A stretch of DNA of 64,000 nt from an uncultured Clostridia bacterium (GCA_948502395.1 CAOPES010000006.1:49101-113100), one strand, 5' to 3'; positions 9,334 to 20,058 are shown, counted from the first letter of the stretch. The notes: a model not told the origin generated them from the letters alone. Made by a program: numbers and translations.

Positions 9334-10129
9334 ATGTTTATATTGGAAAAATTAGATTTTTTAATTGATTATTTATTACAAGAAAATAAAAAAATAAAAA
9401 TAGAAAAAATGCCATCAAATTTAGAAGAGAAAAAGAATTTATGGAGAAGCTTATGTAATATAAGAAATGCAAAGCCAATTTCTAATGAATACCTAAAAGT
9501 AGAAAAAGAATATTTACAAGAAGAATTAAAGAATAAAATAGTAACAAATGTAGAAGATATAAAACCAATTTTTGATAAAATATGTTTATGGAAGGGTGAT
9601 ATAACAACATTATCAATAGAGTGTATTGTAAATGCAGCAAACTCCTCAGGACTTCGGATGTTTTACTCCTTGCCATAAGTGTATTGACAATCAAATAAAT
9701 ACATTTGCAGGAGTAGGATTAAGATTGGAATGTAATGAAAAAATGAAACAAATTGGTAAATTAGAAACAGGAAAAGCATTTATTACAAAAGCACATAATT
9801 TACCTTCAAACTATGTTATTCATACTGTTGGGCCAATTATATATGAAAATGTCACAGAAAAAGAAATACAAGAACTAAAAAATTGTTATATTAATTCGTT
9901 AGAATTAGCAAAAGAAAATAACATACGAGAAATTGCATTTTGCTCTATATCAACAGGAGAATTTAGATTCCCAAAGGTACAAGCGAGTAAAATAGCGATA
10001 AATACAGTAAAGGAATACTTAAAGAAAAATGAAAAATACTTTGATAAAATAATTTTTAATGTATTTAAAGATGAAAATTACGATATTTATTTTAAAAATT
10101 TGAATCCAATAATAGTAAAGAGTATATAA
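9334..10129 (+). CDS. Zn-type macrodomain protein-ADP-ribosylhydrolase (SauMacro/SpyMacro class). Needs a +1 shift at the in-frame CGG at 9655-9657.
   Basis: IVNAANSS(G)L|GCFTPCHKCIDN...VIHTVGP macro signature with Cys/His Zn motif. Frame 1 stops 7 codons after the CGG. Skipping the C of cttCGGatg gives a continuous 265-aa protein. Confidence 0.7.
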
Positions 10130-10269
10130 TGTACCAGAAACAAAAGCATATAGAAAGATAAGATTAGAAATATAAAAAATAAAGATAGGTAATAGTTTAA
10201 ATATTATCTATCTTTTGTGTTATAATTATCATATAAGGGAGATTATTTTTGTAATTTCTCTTTTTTTGC

Positions 10270-10321
10270 TTGACAATCAAAAAATAAAATAGTATCATTG
10301 TATTATGCAAGTAATACAATG
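10270..10321 (+). promoter_or_regulatory. Promoter and palindromic operator of the gntR-ABC operon
   Basis: TTGACA 10270-10275, TATCAT 10293-10298. Perfect 10-bp inverted repeat cattgtatta-N6-taatacaatg (10296-10321) overlapping the start codon region. Confidence 0.6.
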
Positions 10322-10702
10322 ATAGAAAGGAAAGAAAAAGTGGAGTATATTTTTGATAATGAAAGACCAATTTACATACAACTAGTTGAGATAATAAGAA
10401 CTCAAATTATTTCAGGGAAACTACAAAAAGGAGAAAGATTACTATCTGTAAGAGAGCTAGCACTTACAATGAAAGTAAATCCAAACACAATGCAAAAAGC
10501 ACTAGTAGAACTGGAAAATGAGGGCCTAGTTTATACAGAAAGAACAAACGGAAAATTTGTAACAGAAAACGAAGAACTAATTGAAAAAGTAAAAAGAGAA
10601 TTGGCCAAAGAAAAAGTAAATACATATTTAAACAGTATGAAAAATATAGGAATTAACTTTGAAGAAGCCATCAATTACTTGCAAGAACTAGGAGGAAAGT
10701 AA
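10298..10702 (+). CDS. GntR-family (YtrA-like) transcriptional repressor
   Basis: Winged HTH LSVRELALTMKVNPNTMQKAL. Start is either TTG 10298 or ATG 10319. First gene of a regulator-ABC-permease operon. Confidence 0.7.
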   Translation: MYYASNTMIERKEKVEYIFDNERPIYIQLVEIIRTQIISGKLQKGERLLSVRELALTMKVNPNTMQKALVELENEGLVYTERTNGKFVTENEELIEKVKRELAKEKVNTYLNSMKNIGINFEEAINYLQELGGK

Positions 10703-10703
10703 T

Positions 10704-11399
10704 ATGGAATTAGTACAATGTAAAAACTTATACAAAAAATTTGATAATCAAGAAATTCTAAAAAACATCAACTTAACAATTCCAAAAGGAAAAATTATAG
10801 GCCTACTTGGAAAAAATGGAATGGGAAAAACAACATTAATAAAACTAATAAATGACTTACTAACACCAACAAGTGGAGAGATTTTAATAAACGGAAAAAA
10901 TCCAGGAGTACAATCAAAAAAAGTAATATCATATCTACCAGAAAGAACATATTTAGATAAAGGTATGACTGTAAAGCAAGTTTTAAAATACTTTGAAGAA
11001 TTTTACGACAATTTTAATAGAGAACGTGCAGAAAAACTTTTAAAAGACCTAGACTTAGAAATTAATAAAAAAATTTCACATATGTCAAAAGGTATGCAAG
11101 AAAAACTACAATTAATATTAGTAATGAGTAGAGAAGCAGAACTGTATATTTTAGATGAGCCATTAGGCGGTGTAGACCCAGCAACAAGAGATTATATATT
11201 AGACACAATACTATCAAATTTTAAAGAAGGTGCAAGTGTTCTCATTTCAACTCATCTAATTGCAGATATTGAAAGGATATTAGATGATGTTATATTTATA
11301 GACAAAGGTGAAATTAAACTGACTTCATCTGCTGATGAATTAAGAAGAAAAGAGAATGCAAGTATAGACGAAATATTTAGGAGGTCTTTTAAATGTTAG
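10704..11399 (+). CDS. ABC transporter ATP-binding protein
   Basis: Walker A GKNGMGKTT, signature MSKGMQEKL, Walker B LYILDEP. Confidence 0.85.
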   Translation: MELVQCKNLYKKFDNQEILKNINLTIPKGKIIGLLGKNGMGKTTLIKLINDLLTPTSGEILINGKNPGVQSKKVISYLPERTYLDKGMTVKQVLKYFEEFYDNFNRERAEKLLKDLDLEINKKISHMSKGMQEKLQLILVMSREAELYILDEPLGGVDPATRDYILDTILSNFKEGASVLISTHLIADIERILDDVIFIDKGEIKLTSSADELRRKENASIDEIFRRSFKC

Positions 11400-12184
11400 G
11401 AAAATTATTAAAATATGATTTAAAATGGATATATAAAGTAGTAATAGTTTTTTATGCTTTATCATTTATATTTGCTATTATTACAAGAATATGCTTTAGC
11501 ATAGAAAGCTCAGCTTTATTTGGAATTTTAGGACAAATAGCCGCCGGATTTACTATAAGTATGCTTGCAAGTAGTTTGATAAATGGAATAATGAGGTCTT
11601 GGGCAAGATTTATTATAAATATTTATAAAGACGAAAGTTATCTAACACATACATTACCAATTGAAAAAAGACAAATATATCTATCAAAAGTTTTAGCAGC
11701 TATAATTTGTATATTTGTAACAGTTGTGGTTGCATTAGTATGTTTATTTATATGCTACTATTCTAAAGAAAACATAGAATTTTTGAAACAAATCTTAGAG
11801 TTAGCTGCAAACACCTATGACACAACAGTTATTAATTTATTATTAGTAATTTCATTTATATTATTCCTAGAAATAGTTTTTGTAGTTTTAGTAGGCTATG
11901 TAGGAATTATAATTGGACATAGAGCTAATAAGAACAAAATGGTTAATTCAATTGCAACAGGATTTGGATTATATATGTTTACAAATGCTTTATCTTTATG
12001 TCTTGTTGGTTCGATAGCTATGTTTAATAAAGATATTATGAATTTAATAAATACAATGGAGATTATAAATATTGATGTGATTAAAATAATTATGATATCG
12101 GCTATTGCAATCTATATGTTCTATAATGTTGTTTATTATTTTATTGGAAAAAGATTGCTTGAAAAGGGTGTTAATGTGGACTAG
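11393..12184 (+). CDS. ABC-2-type membrane permease component (YtrC/YtrD-like)
   Basis: Six predicted TM segments. Overlaps the ATPase gene stop. Confidence 0.6.
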   Translation: MLGKLLKYDLKWIYKVVIVFYALSFIFAIITRICFSIESSALFGILGQIAAGFTISMLASSLINGIMRSWARFIINIYKDESYLTHTLPIEKRQIYLSKVLAAIICIFVTVVVALVCLFICYYSKENIEFLKQILELAANTYDTTVINLLLVISFILFLEIVFVVLVGYVGIIIGHRANKNKMVNSIATGFGLYMFTNALSLCLVGSIAMFNKDIMNLINTMEIINIDVIKIIMISAIAIYMFYNVVYYFIGKRLLEKGVNVD

Positions 12185-12195
12185 AGTGTAAAACA

Positions 12196-12232
12196 AAAGT
12201 TGTGATAGGAGTTAATTTAACTCCTATTTTTT
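12196..12232 (+). terminator. Rho-independent terminator
   Basis: ataggagttaatttaactcctat followed by tttttg. Confidence 0.7.
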
Positions 12233-12390
12233 GTATTTATTAATTTAAAAAATAAATTAATAAAAAAATATTGACAAATAAGTAAAAGAGATGTAAAATA
12301 CAAACAGCAGTTCAAATGGAGAAATAAATATAGTCTAAAAGTAGAAATATAAGTAGCAGGAACTAAATTTTAGAGAAAGGATGTGTACTT

Positions 12391-13344
12391 ATGGAAGAGA
12401 AGAAAAACGAGATTATTTTATTTGAGAATCAGGGGGTGAAATTAGAAGTAAATTTAAAAGACGAGACAGTATGGCTAACACAAAAGCAAATGTCTAAATT
12501 ATTTAATAAGGACAGAAGAACAATAACAAGACATATTCAAAATATATATAAGTGTGGAGAATTAGACGAAAATTCAGTATGCTCATTTTTTGAGCATACT
12601 GCGGAAGATGGAAAAATATACAAAGTCCAATATTATAATTTAGATATGATTATTTCCATTGGATATAGGGTAAACAGCAAACAAGGTGTTGCATTCAGAC
12701 AATGGGCAAACAAAATCCTAAAAGACTACATGTTAAAAGGATACGCTGTAAACCAAAAAAGATTAGAATACTTAGAAAAAACAATAAAACTAATAGACAT
12801 AGCAAACAGAATAGACGAAAGACTAGAAAACAATGATGCAAAAGAAATACTAAAAGTAATAGGAGAATACTCAAAAGCATTAGACCTATTAGACGATTAT
12901 GACCACAGAACATTAAAAAAGATAAAAGGCAATACAGACGAAAGAAAAATAGAATATAGTGAATGTATAGACATAATAAATAAACTTAGATTTAACGAAG
13001 AAAGTACACTATTTGCAGTAGAAAGAGACAAAGGATTACAATCAATAATTGGAAACATATATCAAAGTTTTGCAGGACAAGATATATACAAAAGCATTGA
13101 AGAAAAAGCAGCAAACTTTTTATACTTAATAGTAAAAAATCATGTATTTGCAGACGGAAATAAAAGAATAGCAGCAACACTATTTATATATTTCTTAAAC
13201 TTTTATGGAATTTTATATAAAGAAAACAAGCAAACAATCGATAACAACACATTAACAGCTTTAACTTTATTAATTGCAGAATCAAATCCAAAAGAAAAAG
13301 AAATAATAGTAGATTTGGTAATGAACTTTTTAAATAATGAATAA
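12391..13344 (+). CDS. RhuM-family N-terminal domain fused to Fic/Doc domain
   Basis: RhuM signature ...ETVWLTQKQMSKLF...HIQNIYKCGEL. Degenerate Fic motif HVFADGNKRIAA (HxFx[DE]GNxR). Confidence 0.75.
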   Translation: MEEKKNEIILFENQGVKLEVNLKDETVWLTQKQMSKLFNKDRRTITRHIQNIYKCGELDENSVCSFFEHTAEDGKIYKVQYYNLDMIISIGYRVNSKQGVAFRQWANKILKDYMLKGYAVNQKRLEYLEKTIKLIDIANRIDERLENNDAKEILKVIGEYSKALDLLDDYDHRTLKKIKGNTDERKIEYSECIDIINKLRFNEESTLFAVERDKGLQSIIGNIYQSFAGQDIYKSIEEKAANFLYLIVKNHVFADGNKRIAATLFIYFLNFYGILYKENKQTIDNNTLTALTLLIAESNPKEKEIIVDLVMNFLNNE

Positions 13345-13418
13345 GAAATCAAATTAGCTAGCACATATATAATTATGTAATAGCTAATTTTATTTTATAA
13401 AAACATTATAAAAAAGTA

Positions 13419-13477
13419 TTGACAGTTGAGTACTTATTCACATATAATACAAGTAAAGTTGAATGAATACTCAATTA
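13419..13477 (+). promoter_or_regulatory. cadC promoter with flanking imperfect inverted 15-mers (likely ArsR/CadC operator)
   Basis: TTGACA 13419-13424, TATAAT 13443-13448. TTGAGTACTTATTCA at 13426-13440 and its near reverse complement at 13461-13477. Confidence 0.5.
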
Positions 13478-13504
13478 TAATATAAAAAGTAAGGAGGCAA
13501 TCAA

Positions 13505-13867
13505 ATGTCTAAAAATGAATTTATATGTGATTGCAATGTAATCCACCAAGATGTGGTTAACAAAACAACAGAAAATATGCTAGAAGAAGACACATTTAAT
13601 AAATTAGCAGAATTTTTCAAAATTGTTGGAGATACCACAAGAGTAAAAATATTATTTGCATTAGACAAAAACGAGATGTGTGTATGTGATATTGCAAACG
13701 TATTAGGAATGAGTAAATCATCTATTTCACATCAACTAGGAACATTAAGAAGAAGCGGAATTGTTAAATGTAGAAAATCAGGGAAAGAAGTTTTCTATAT
13801 GTTAGATGATGAACATGTAAAAAAAGTATTTGAAATAGGTGTAGAACACATAGAGCATAAAAAGTAG
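13505..13867 (+). CDS. cadC: ArsR/SmtB-family metalloregulator (CadC-like)
   Basis: HTH plus metal-binding Cys pairs (CDC N-terminal, CVCD). Confidence 0.8.
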   Translation: MSKNEFICDCNVIHQDVVNKTTENMLEEDTFNKLAEFFKIVGDTTRVKILFALDKNEMCVCDIANVLGMSKSSISHQLGTLRRSGIVKCRKSGKEVFYMLDDEHVKKVFEIGVEHIEHKK

Positions 13868-13880
13868 GAGAAGTAATGAT

Positions 13881-15956
13881 ATGAAAAGTAAATTTAAAAT
13901 AAATGGATTAGATTGTGCAAATTGTGCTAATGAATTAGAAAGAGCAATACAGAAGGTAGACGGAATAAAAAGTGCAAATATAAACTTTATAGCACAAAAA
14001 ATGGAACTTGAATATGACGAAGATATAAAAGAAGAAATTATAGTAGAAGTAAAAAAAGTTATAAAAAAAGAAGAGCCAGACGTAACAATAGAAGAAGTCG
14101 GCAAAGCTGTACCAATAAAGAAAAAAGCAATTAAGATTATTCTTGCAGCCATACTATTTTTCATTGCGATTACAATAAAATTTAATAGTGAATTAATAAA
14201 TAATACAATATATATAATATCTTATATTATCGTTGGACTAGAAATTGTAAAAAAAGCAGTAATGAATATTATAAAAGGAAAAGTGTTTGATGAGAACTTT
14301 TTAATGGCTATTGCAACATTAGGTGCATTTGGAATTGGAGAGTTTCCAGAAGCGGTAGCAGTTATGCTATTTTATCAAGTAGGAGAATTATTCCAAAGTT
14401 ATGCAGTAGATAAATCAAGAAAATCAATTTCAAAATTAATGGACATTAGACCAGACTTTGCCAATGTAGAAAGAGAAGGAAAAATCCAAAAAGTAAACCC
14501 AGAAGACGTAACAATTGGAGAAATAATTGTAATTAAGCCAGGTGAAAAAGTTCCATTAGACGGATATGTAATAGAAGGAAAATCAAGTTTAGATACAAAA
14601 GCTTTAACAGGAGAAAGTTTGCCACGAGAATTAACAGAAGGAGAATTAGCGTTAAGTGGTTCAATAAATTTAAATGGTTTAATAAAAATCGAAGTAACAA
14701 AAGAATATGGAGAATCAACAGTAAGCAAAATATTAGACTTAGTAGAAAATGCAAGTAACAAAAAATCAAAATCAGAAAACTTTATTACAAAATTTGCAAG
14801 ATATTATACACCAATTGTCGTAATTATTGCAGTTATACTTGCCATAGTACCACCACTTATTATAAAAAATACAGAATTCTCTGTTTGGTTATATAGAGCA
14901 CTATCATTCTTGGTAGTATCTTGTCCTTGTGCATTGGTAATCTCAATACCACTAAGCTTTTTTGGTGGAATTGGTGGTGCTTCTAAAATGGGAATTTTAA
15001 TAAAAGGAAGTAACTATTTAGAGCAATTATCAAATGCAGAAATAATTGTATTTGATAAAACTGGAACATTAACAGAAGGGGTTTTTGAAGTACAAAAAGT
15101 TAATGCGATAGATATGTCAGAAGAAGAATTACTAAAAATCACAGCATATAGTGAGAATTATTCAAATCATCCAATTTCTATATCAGTGAAAAAAGCATAT
15201 GGAAAAGAAATTGATGAAAAACAAATTATAGAAACACAAGAGTTATCTGGACTTGGTGTTTTTGCAAAAATTGGAGAAAAAGATGTATTAGTAGGAAATG
15301 AAAAACTTATGAATGAAAATCAAGTTGAATTTACAAAGTGTAAAGAGATAGGTACAGCACTATATGTAGCAATAAATGGGAAATATTCAGGTTATATATT
15401 AATATCAGATAAAATAAAAAAGGATTCAATCAAAGCAATTAAAGATTTAAAGAAAAATCATATTAAACAAACAGTAATGCTAACAGGAGATAGAAAAGAC
15501 GTTGGCGAAAGTGTAGCAAAAAAACTAGGAATAGATAAGGTTTATACAGAATTGTTGCCAGATGGAAAAGTAGAAAAAATGGAAAACTTATTAAAAGAAA
15601 AAAGTGAAAAGGGTAAACTAGCATTTGTGGGTGACGGAATAAATGACGCGCCAGTTTTGGCTTTGGCAGACATTGGTATTGCAATGGGTGGACTTGGTGC
15701 TGATAGTGCAATAGAAGCGGCAGATGTTGTGCTTATGACAGATGAACCTTCAAAAATTGTAGACGCTATTCACTTGTCAAAAAGAACGATGAAAATTGTT
15801 AGAGAAAATATTGTTTTTGCTATTTCTGTAAAGGTGCTTGTTTTGATATTGAGTGCATTTGGAGTATCAACTATGTGGGAAGCTGTGTTTGCTGATGTTG
15901 GTGTTTCTGTAATAGCTATTATAAATGCTTTAAGAGCGTTAAGAGTGAAGTTTTAA
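13881..15956 (+). CDS. cadA: Heavy-metal (Cd/Zn/Co/Pb) translocating P1B-type ATPase
   Basis: N-terminal HMA GLDCANCA, CPC transmembrane motif, DKTGT, GDGINDAP. Confidence 0.9.
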   Translation: MKSKFKINGLDCANCANELERAIQKVDGIKSANINFIAQKMELEYDEDIKEEIIVEVKKVIKKEEPDVTIEEVGKAVPIKKKAIKIILAAILFFIAITIKFNSELINNTIYIISYIIVGLEIVKKAVMNIIKGKVFDENFLMAIATLGAFGIGEFPEAVAVMLFYQVGELFQSYAVDKSRKSISKLMDIRPDFANVEREGKIQKVNPEDVTIGEIIVIKPGEKVPLDGYVIEGKSSLDTKALTGESLPRELTEGELALSGSINLNGLIKIEVTKEYGESTVSKILDLVENASNKKSKSENFITKFARYYTPIVVIIAVILAIVPPLIIKNTEFSVWLYRALSFLVVSCPCALVISIPLSFFGGIGGASKMGILIKGSNYLEQLSNAEIIVFDKTGTLTEGVFEVQKVNAIDMSEEELLKITAYSENYSNHPISISVKKAYGKEIDEKQIIETQELSGLGVFAKIGEKDVLVGNEKLMNENQVEFTKCKEIGTALYVAINGKYSGYILISDKIKKDSIKAIKDLKKNHIKQTVMLTGDRKDVGESVAKKLGIDKVYTELLPDGKVEKMENLLKEKSEKGKLAFVGDGINDAPVLALADIGIAMGGLGADSAIEAADVVLMTDEPSKIVDAIHLSKRTMKIVRENIVFAISVKVLVLILSAFGVSTMWEAVFADVGVSVIAIINALRALRVKF

Positions 15957-16026
15957 TAAAGCATTGACAAGTTTTATATAGTGTTATACAATGTTTAAGA
16001 AAGGAAAAATAAAGGAGGAATTAAAC

Positions 16027-16746
16027 ATGTCAGGACATAGCAAGTGGCATAACATACAAGCGAAGAAAGGGAAAGCAGACGCAGCAAGGGGAAAAATATT
16101 CACAAAACTAGGAAGAGAATTACTAATAGCAGTAAAAGAAGGTGGACCAGACCCAGCAGGAAACTCAAAACTAAAAAACGTAATAGCAAAATGTAAAGCA
16201 GCAAACATGCCAAACGACACAATAAACAACGCAATAAAAAAAGCATCAAGTAGTAACGAAAACTACGAAGAAATAACATATGAAGGATACGGACCAAGTG
16301 GAGTAGCAGTAATAGTAGAAGCATCAACAGACAACAAAAACAGAACAGCAGCAGACGTAAGACACGTATTTGACAAAGCTGGTGGAAATTTAGGAACTAG
16401 TGGATGTGTATCATACATGTTTAACAAAAAAGGAATAATAGTAATAGAAAAAGAAACAACAAAAATGGACGAAGAAGAATTAATGATGTTAGCACTAGAC
16501 GCAGGAGCAGAAGATTTTGAAGCATCAGAAGAAATATATGAAATAACAACAGACCCAAGTGATTTTTCAGAAGTTCGTGAAAAATTAGAAGAAGCAGGAT
16601 TAGAATTCTTAGAAGCAGAAGTACAAATGGTACCAACAACAACAGTAAGCTTAGATGAAAAAGGCGTAGAAAAAATGGAAAGACTAATAGAGAGACTAGA
16701 AGATTTAGACGATGTTGCAAATATTTATCACAACTGGGAAGAATAA
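16027..16746 (+). CDS. yebC: YebC/PmpR-family transcriptional regulator
   Basis: [11 protein letters not shown]... start with SD AAAGGAGG; conserved YebC fold signature. Confidence 0.85.
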   Translation: MSGHSKWHNIQAKKGKADAARGKIFTKLGRELLIAVKEGGPDPAGNSKLKNVIAKCKAANMPNDTINNAIKKASSSNENYEEITYEGYGPSGVAVIVEASTDNKNRTAADVRHVFDKAGGNLGTSGCVSYMFNKKGIIVIEKETTKMDEEELMMLALDAGAEDFEASEEIYEITTDPSDFSEVREKLEEAGLEFLEAEVQMVPTTTVSLDEKGVEKMERLIERLEDLDDVANIYHNWEE

Positions 16747-16757
16747 AAAATAGGGGA

Positions 16758-18458
16758 ATGAAAGATATGGAACAAAGGAAAAATGCAAAAATATTAAAAA
16801 TTTTAATTATAACAATATCAATAACGATATTAATACTAATAGGTGTAATTGCATATTTATACTTTCAAACAGACATGTTTAAAAGTAATAAAACGCTATT
16901 TTTCAAATATGTAGCACAAGCAGGAAATGAAGAAACAGGATTTGCGGACAAACAAACAACTCAATATTTCGAAAAGAAACAAACTACACCATATACAAAT
17001 AGTGCAACATTCAAAGCTGACATCAAAATTGAAGGCGAAGAAGAGCAATTTAAAGCAGTAAATGACTTTAATATCAGCTTTGAAGGAAAAACTAATAATC
17101 AAACAAATGAAACAGAACAAGAAATATCATTAAATTATTCTAGTGATGTAAACTTTCCAATTACATATAGAAAAATAGAAGACAAATTAGGAATTCAAAC
17201 TAAATATATTGGGAAAAACTTTGTAGCAATAGATACTGCTAGCACGGATACAACGTCAAATCCTATTATAGAATTTATAAATCAAATAAAGGACGCTTTT
17301 GATAAAGCAGACGAAACGAAAGAAATAGAAATAACAGAACAAGAAAAAGAGCAAATAGTAAGCAGATATATAGAAGTTCTAATGCAAAGTATAAATGACG
17401 ACAAATTTTCTAAGGTGGAAGACACGAACAGTACAGGTTATAAGTTAACACTAAAATTGGAAGATATAAAAACTATATTATTAAAATTATTAGATACGTT
17501 AAAAGATGATGAGCTAGCCTTAGACAAACTAAACCAATATATGGAAGCTATGGGAGCAACAGAGAAGTTAGGAAAAAGTGAAATAGAAAAAACAATTGAA
17601 AGTTTTGAAGAAACAGAGATAGAAGAAAATAAACAGTTTGAAATTACAGTATATAGTAAAAAAGGAAAGCTATCAAAATTAAAAATATCAACAGAAGAAA
17701 CAAATGTTACAATTGATAAAATAAGGGGAAATAACCAAAATAGTACAAGTATTTCTTTTGAAATTAACAATGGAGAAGATGTGTTTAAAGTCTTAATAGC
17801 AGGAGCTTTTAATGGACTAGAAACTATGGAAAGCGTGCAAGAAACTTATCAAGTAACAATACAAGTAAATGAAGATGAAAACATAACATATATGGTAAAT
17901 AATAATGTAAGCTTTGCTGAAAGTGTAGATATAGAAGGTTTTACAGAAGACAATAGTATTACTTTGAACGATTTTGAAGAGGAACAAGTTACAAACTTCT
18001 TAGAGGCAGTAACACAAAGAATAACAGAAGTAAACAAACAACAAATGGAAGAGTTAGGGCTAGAAGAAAGCCAAAATCCATTATTTAAGTTATTTCCAGT
18101 GAATTTATTATCAAATTTAATATTAAATTCAGTTATAAGTGAGCAAGCAAATGATATCATAAGCAATCAATTAGATGAAACTAATATAACTGAAACAAAT
18201 GCGGAATACGAAATGTATGCAAATACAAACTCGCCAGGAGTAACAACAAAAGGCTTAATGACAATAATAAGTGAAAACAACGAAAAAGACGGATACAAAA
18301 TAAAAGAAATAAACTTCAATGGAGAAGAATATGAAGCAACAAGAGAAAACATATCATTCATTAAACAAGAAATATCAACAGAAAAAAATTACAAAATAGA
18401 ATTTGAAAAAGAAGAAAATACAGGAGCGATATACAGAGCTGTAATAAACGAAAAATAG
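16758..18458 (+). CDS. Hypothetical membrane-anchored Glu/Asn-rich protein (566 aa)
   Basis: N-terminal TM helix, long acidic low-complexity ectodomain. No recognised domain. Confidence 0.5.
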   Translation: MKDMEQRKNAKILKILIITISITILILIGVIAYLYFQTDMFKSNKTLFFKYVAQAGNEETGFADKQTTQYFEKKQTTPYTNSATFKADIKIEGEEEQFKAVNDFNISFEGKTNNQTNETEQEISLNYSSDVNFPITYRKIEDKLGIQTKYIGKNFVAIDTASTDTTSNPIIEFINQIKDAFDKADETKEIEITEQEKEQIVSRYIEVLMQSINDDKFSKVEDTNSTGYKLTLKLEDIKTILLKLLDTLKDDELALDKLNQYMEAMGATEKLGKSEIEKTIESFEETEIEENKQFEITVYSKKGKLSKLKISTEETNVTIDKIRGNNQNSTSISFEINNGEDVFKVLIAGAFNGLETMESVQETYQVTIQVNEDENITYMVNNNVSFAESVDIEGFTEDNSITLNDFEEEQVTNFLEAVTQRITEVNKQQMEELGLEESQNPLFKLFPVNLLSNLILNSVISEQANDIISNQLDETNITETNAEYEMYANTNSPGVTTKGLMTIISENNEKDGYKIKEINFNGEEYEATRENISFIKQEISTEKNYKIEFEKEENTGAIYRAVINEK

Positions 18459-18465
18459 TTCTAAA

Positions 18466-18501
18466 ACGCAAAAAAGAGCATATATATATTATATATGTTC
18501 T
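18466..18501 (+). terminator. Rho-independent terminator
   Basis: agagcatatatatattatatatgttct followed by ttttttt. Confidence 0.65.
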
Positions 18502-18536
18502 TTTTTTATGTAAAAAACAAAAAGGTGGGATGGATA

Positions 18537-19410
18537 TTGAACATTAAAGAAGAAATATTAAGATATTTTCCAAGCAATATATACTCATTGCTAGATAATA
18601 CAATAAATCAAAATAGACAAGTTGCAGAAGAATTACAAGAAATTAGAATACGTTCAAACAGACCAATCTTATTAAAGCTAAGAAGAACAACAATATTAAT
18701 AGAATATAATGTAAGTGGAGCAGAGATATTGCAAACAGTAGAAAGACTTTGCAACAATTCCATTTACGCATATAAAAATCAAATATGTGACGGATTTTTA
18801 ACTATAAAAGGCGGACATAGAGTTGGAATAACAGGAACAGCTGTAATGGAAAACAATAATGTAATTAATTTAAAATACATAACAAGCTTAAATTTTAGAA
18901 TTGCAAGACAAATAATAGGATGTAGCAATAAGATATTGAATGAAATTTTGGATATGGAAAATAAAACAATTTACACAACATTGATTGTATCTCCGCCAGG
19001 CATGGGGAAAACAACTATGTTAAGAGATACAATAAGGAACATAAGTAATGGAATTGCAAATATAAATTTCCAAGGGAAAACGGTGCGGTGTAGTTGATGA
19101 AAGGGGCGAAATAGCAGCAATGTATCAAGGAATACCGCAAAACGATATAGGAGTAAGAACAGATGTGATTGAAAATATATCAAAATCAAAAGGCATGGAA
19201 ATGCTAATTCGTTCTATGGCACCAGAAGTAATTGCATGTGACGAAATCGGCTCAAAAGAAGATGTACAAGCAATACGGAAAGGCAATAAGGTCAGGTGTC
19301 AAAGGGCTATTTACAATGCACGGAAATTCAATTGAAGATGTGAAAATGAATAAAGAAATCGATTTTTTAATAGAAACAAAACAAATAGAAAAAATCATTT
19401 TTTTGGGCTA
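18537..19410 (+). CDS. spoIIIAA: Stage III sporulation protein AA (AAA ATPase). Needs +1 shifts at two in-frame CGG codons (19086-19088 and 19276-19278).
   Basis: Walker A SPPGMGKTT. After skipping the first C, GKTV|GVVDERGEIAAMYQGIPQNDIGVRTD matches SpoIIIAA. After the second, ...AI|GKAIRSGVKGLFTMHGNSIED matches the SpoIIIAA C-terminus. TTG start at 18537 has an SD AAGGTGGG. The ATG at 18495 lies in the terminator. Confidence 0.75.
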
Positions 19411-19509
19411 AATTTAAAATATAAAAATCCGTATATAAAAAATATTAAAACGGTTCTAAAAAAATTTGGCAAGCATACAATATAAGAAAAAGGAAAGGAC
19501 AAACTTATT

Positions 19510-20019
19510 ATGCAAATAATCAAATATTTTATATTATTTTTAATTTTGCTAGGGACAAGTCTAATTGGGAAATTTTTAGCAAAAAAATATGTGTACAGAC
19601 TAGAAGAATTAGAAGAGATAAAAAATGCCTTAAACATATTAAAAACAAAAATTAAATTTACATATGAACCGATACCAGAAATTTTCAAAGAAATTTCATC
19701 AAACACCAACAAAAATGTTGGAAACATATTTAAAAAAGCAAGTGAAAAAATGGAAACAACAACAGCCAATATTGCTTGGGAACAAGCGGTAGAAGAAACA
19801 GAGACAAATTTGAAAATGCAGGATAAGCAAACAATAAAGAAATTATCAAAATTATTGGGACAAACAGATGTGGATGGACAAGTAAGTCAAATAGAAATAA
19901 CGGAAAACTTCCTAGAAAGTCAAATAAAAGAAGCATTTTGCGAAAAACAAAAAAACGAAAAATTATTTACAAGACTTGGTACAATAATGGGACTAGCAAT
20001 AGTAATAGTATTATGTTAA
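19510..20019 (+). CDS. spoIIIAB: Stage III sporulation protein AB
   Basis: 169 aa, N-terminal TM, position within the spoIIIA operon. Confidence 0.75.
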   Translation: MQIIKYFILFLILLGTSLIGKFLAKKYVYRLEELEEIKNALNILKTKIKFTYEPIPEIFKEISSNTNKNVGNIFKKASEKMETTTANIAWEQAVEETETNLKMQDKQTIKKLSKLLGQTDVDGQVSQIEITENFLESQIKEAFCEKQKNEKLFTRLGTIMGLAIVIVLC

Positions 20020-20058
20020 AATGCTAAATTCTAATTTGTAGAAAGGATAAAAACGAAT

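Noticed and set aside
12391-16000. RhuM-Fic plus cadCA as an integrated mobile element.
   Set aside because: No integrase, recombinase, transposase or flanking direct repeats are visible in the window. It is reported as accessory genes only.
18495-18536. ATG at 18495 as the spoIIIAA start.
   Set aside because: It lies inside the T-tract of the upstream terminator. TTG 18537 (or GTG 18525) has an SD AAGGTGGG and matches the conserved SpoIIIAA N-terminus.
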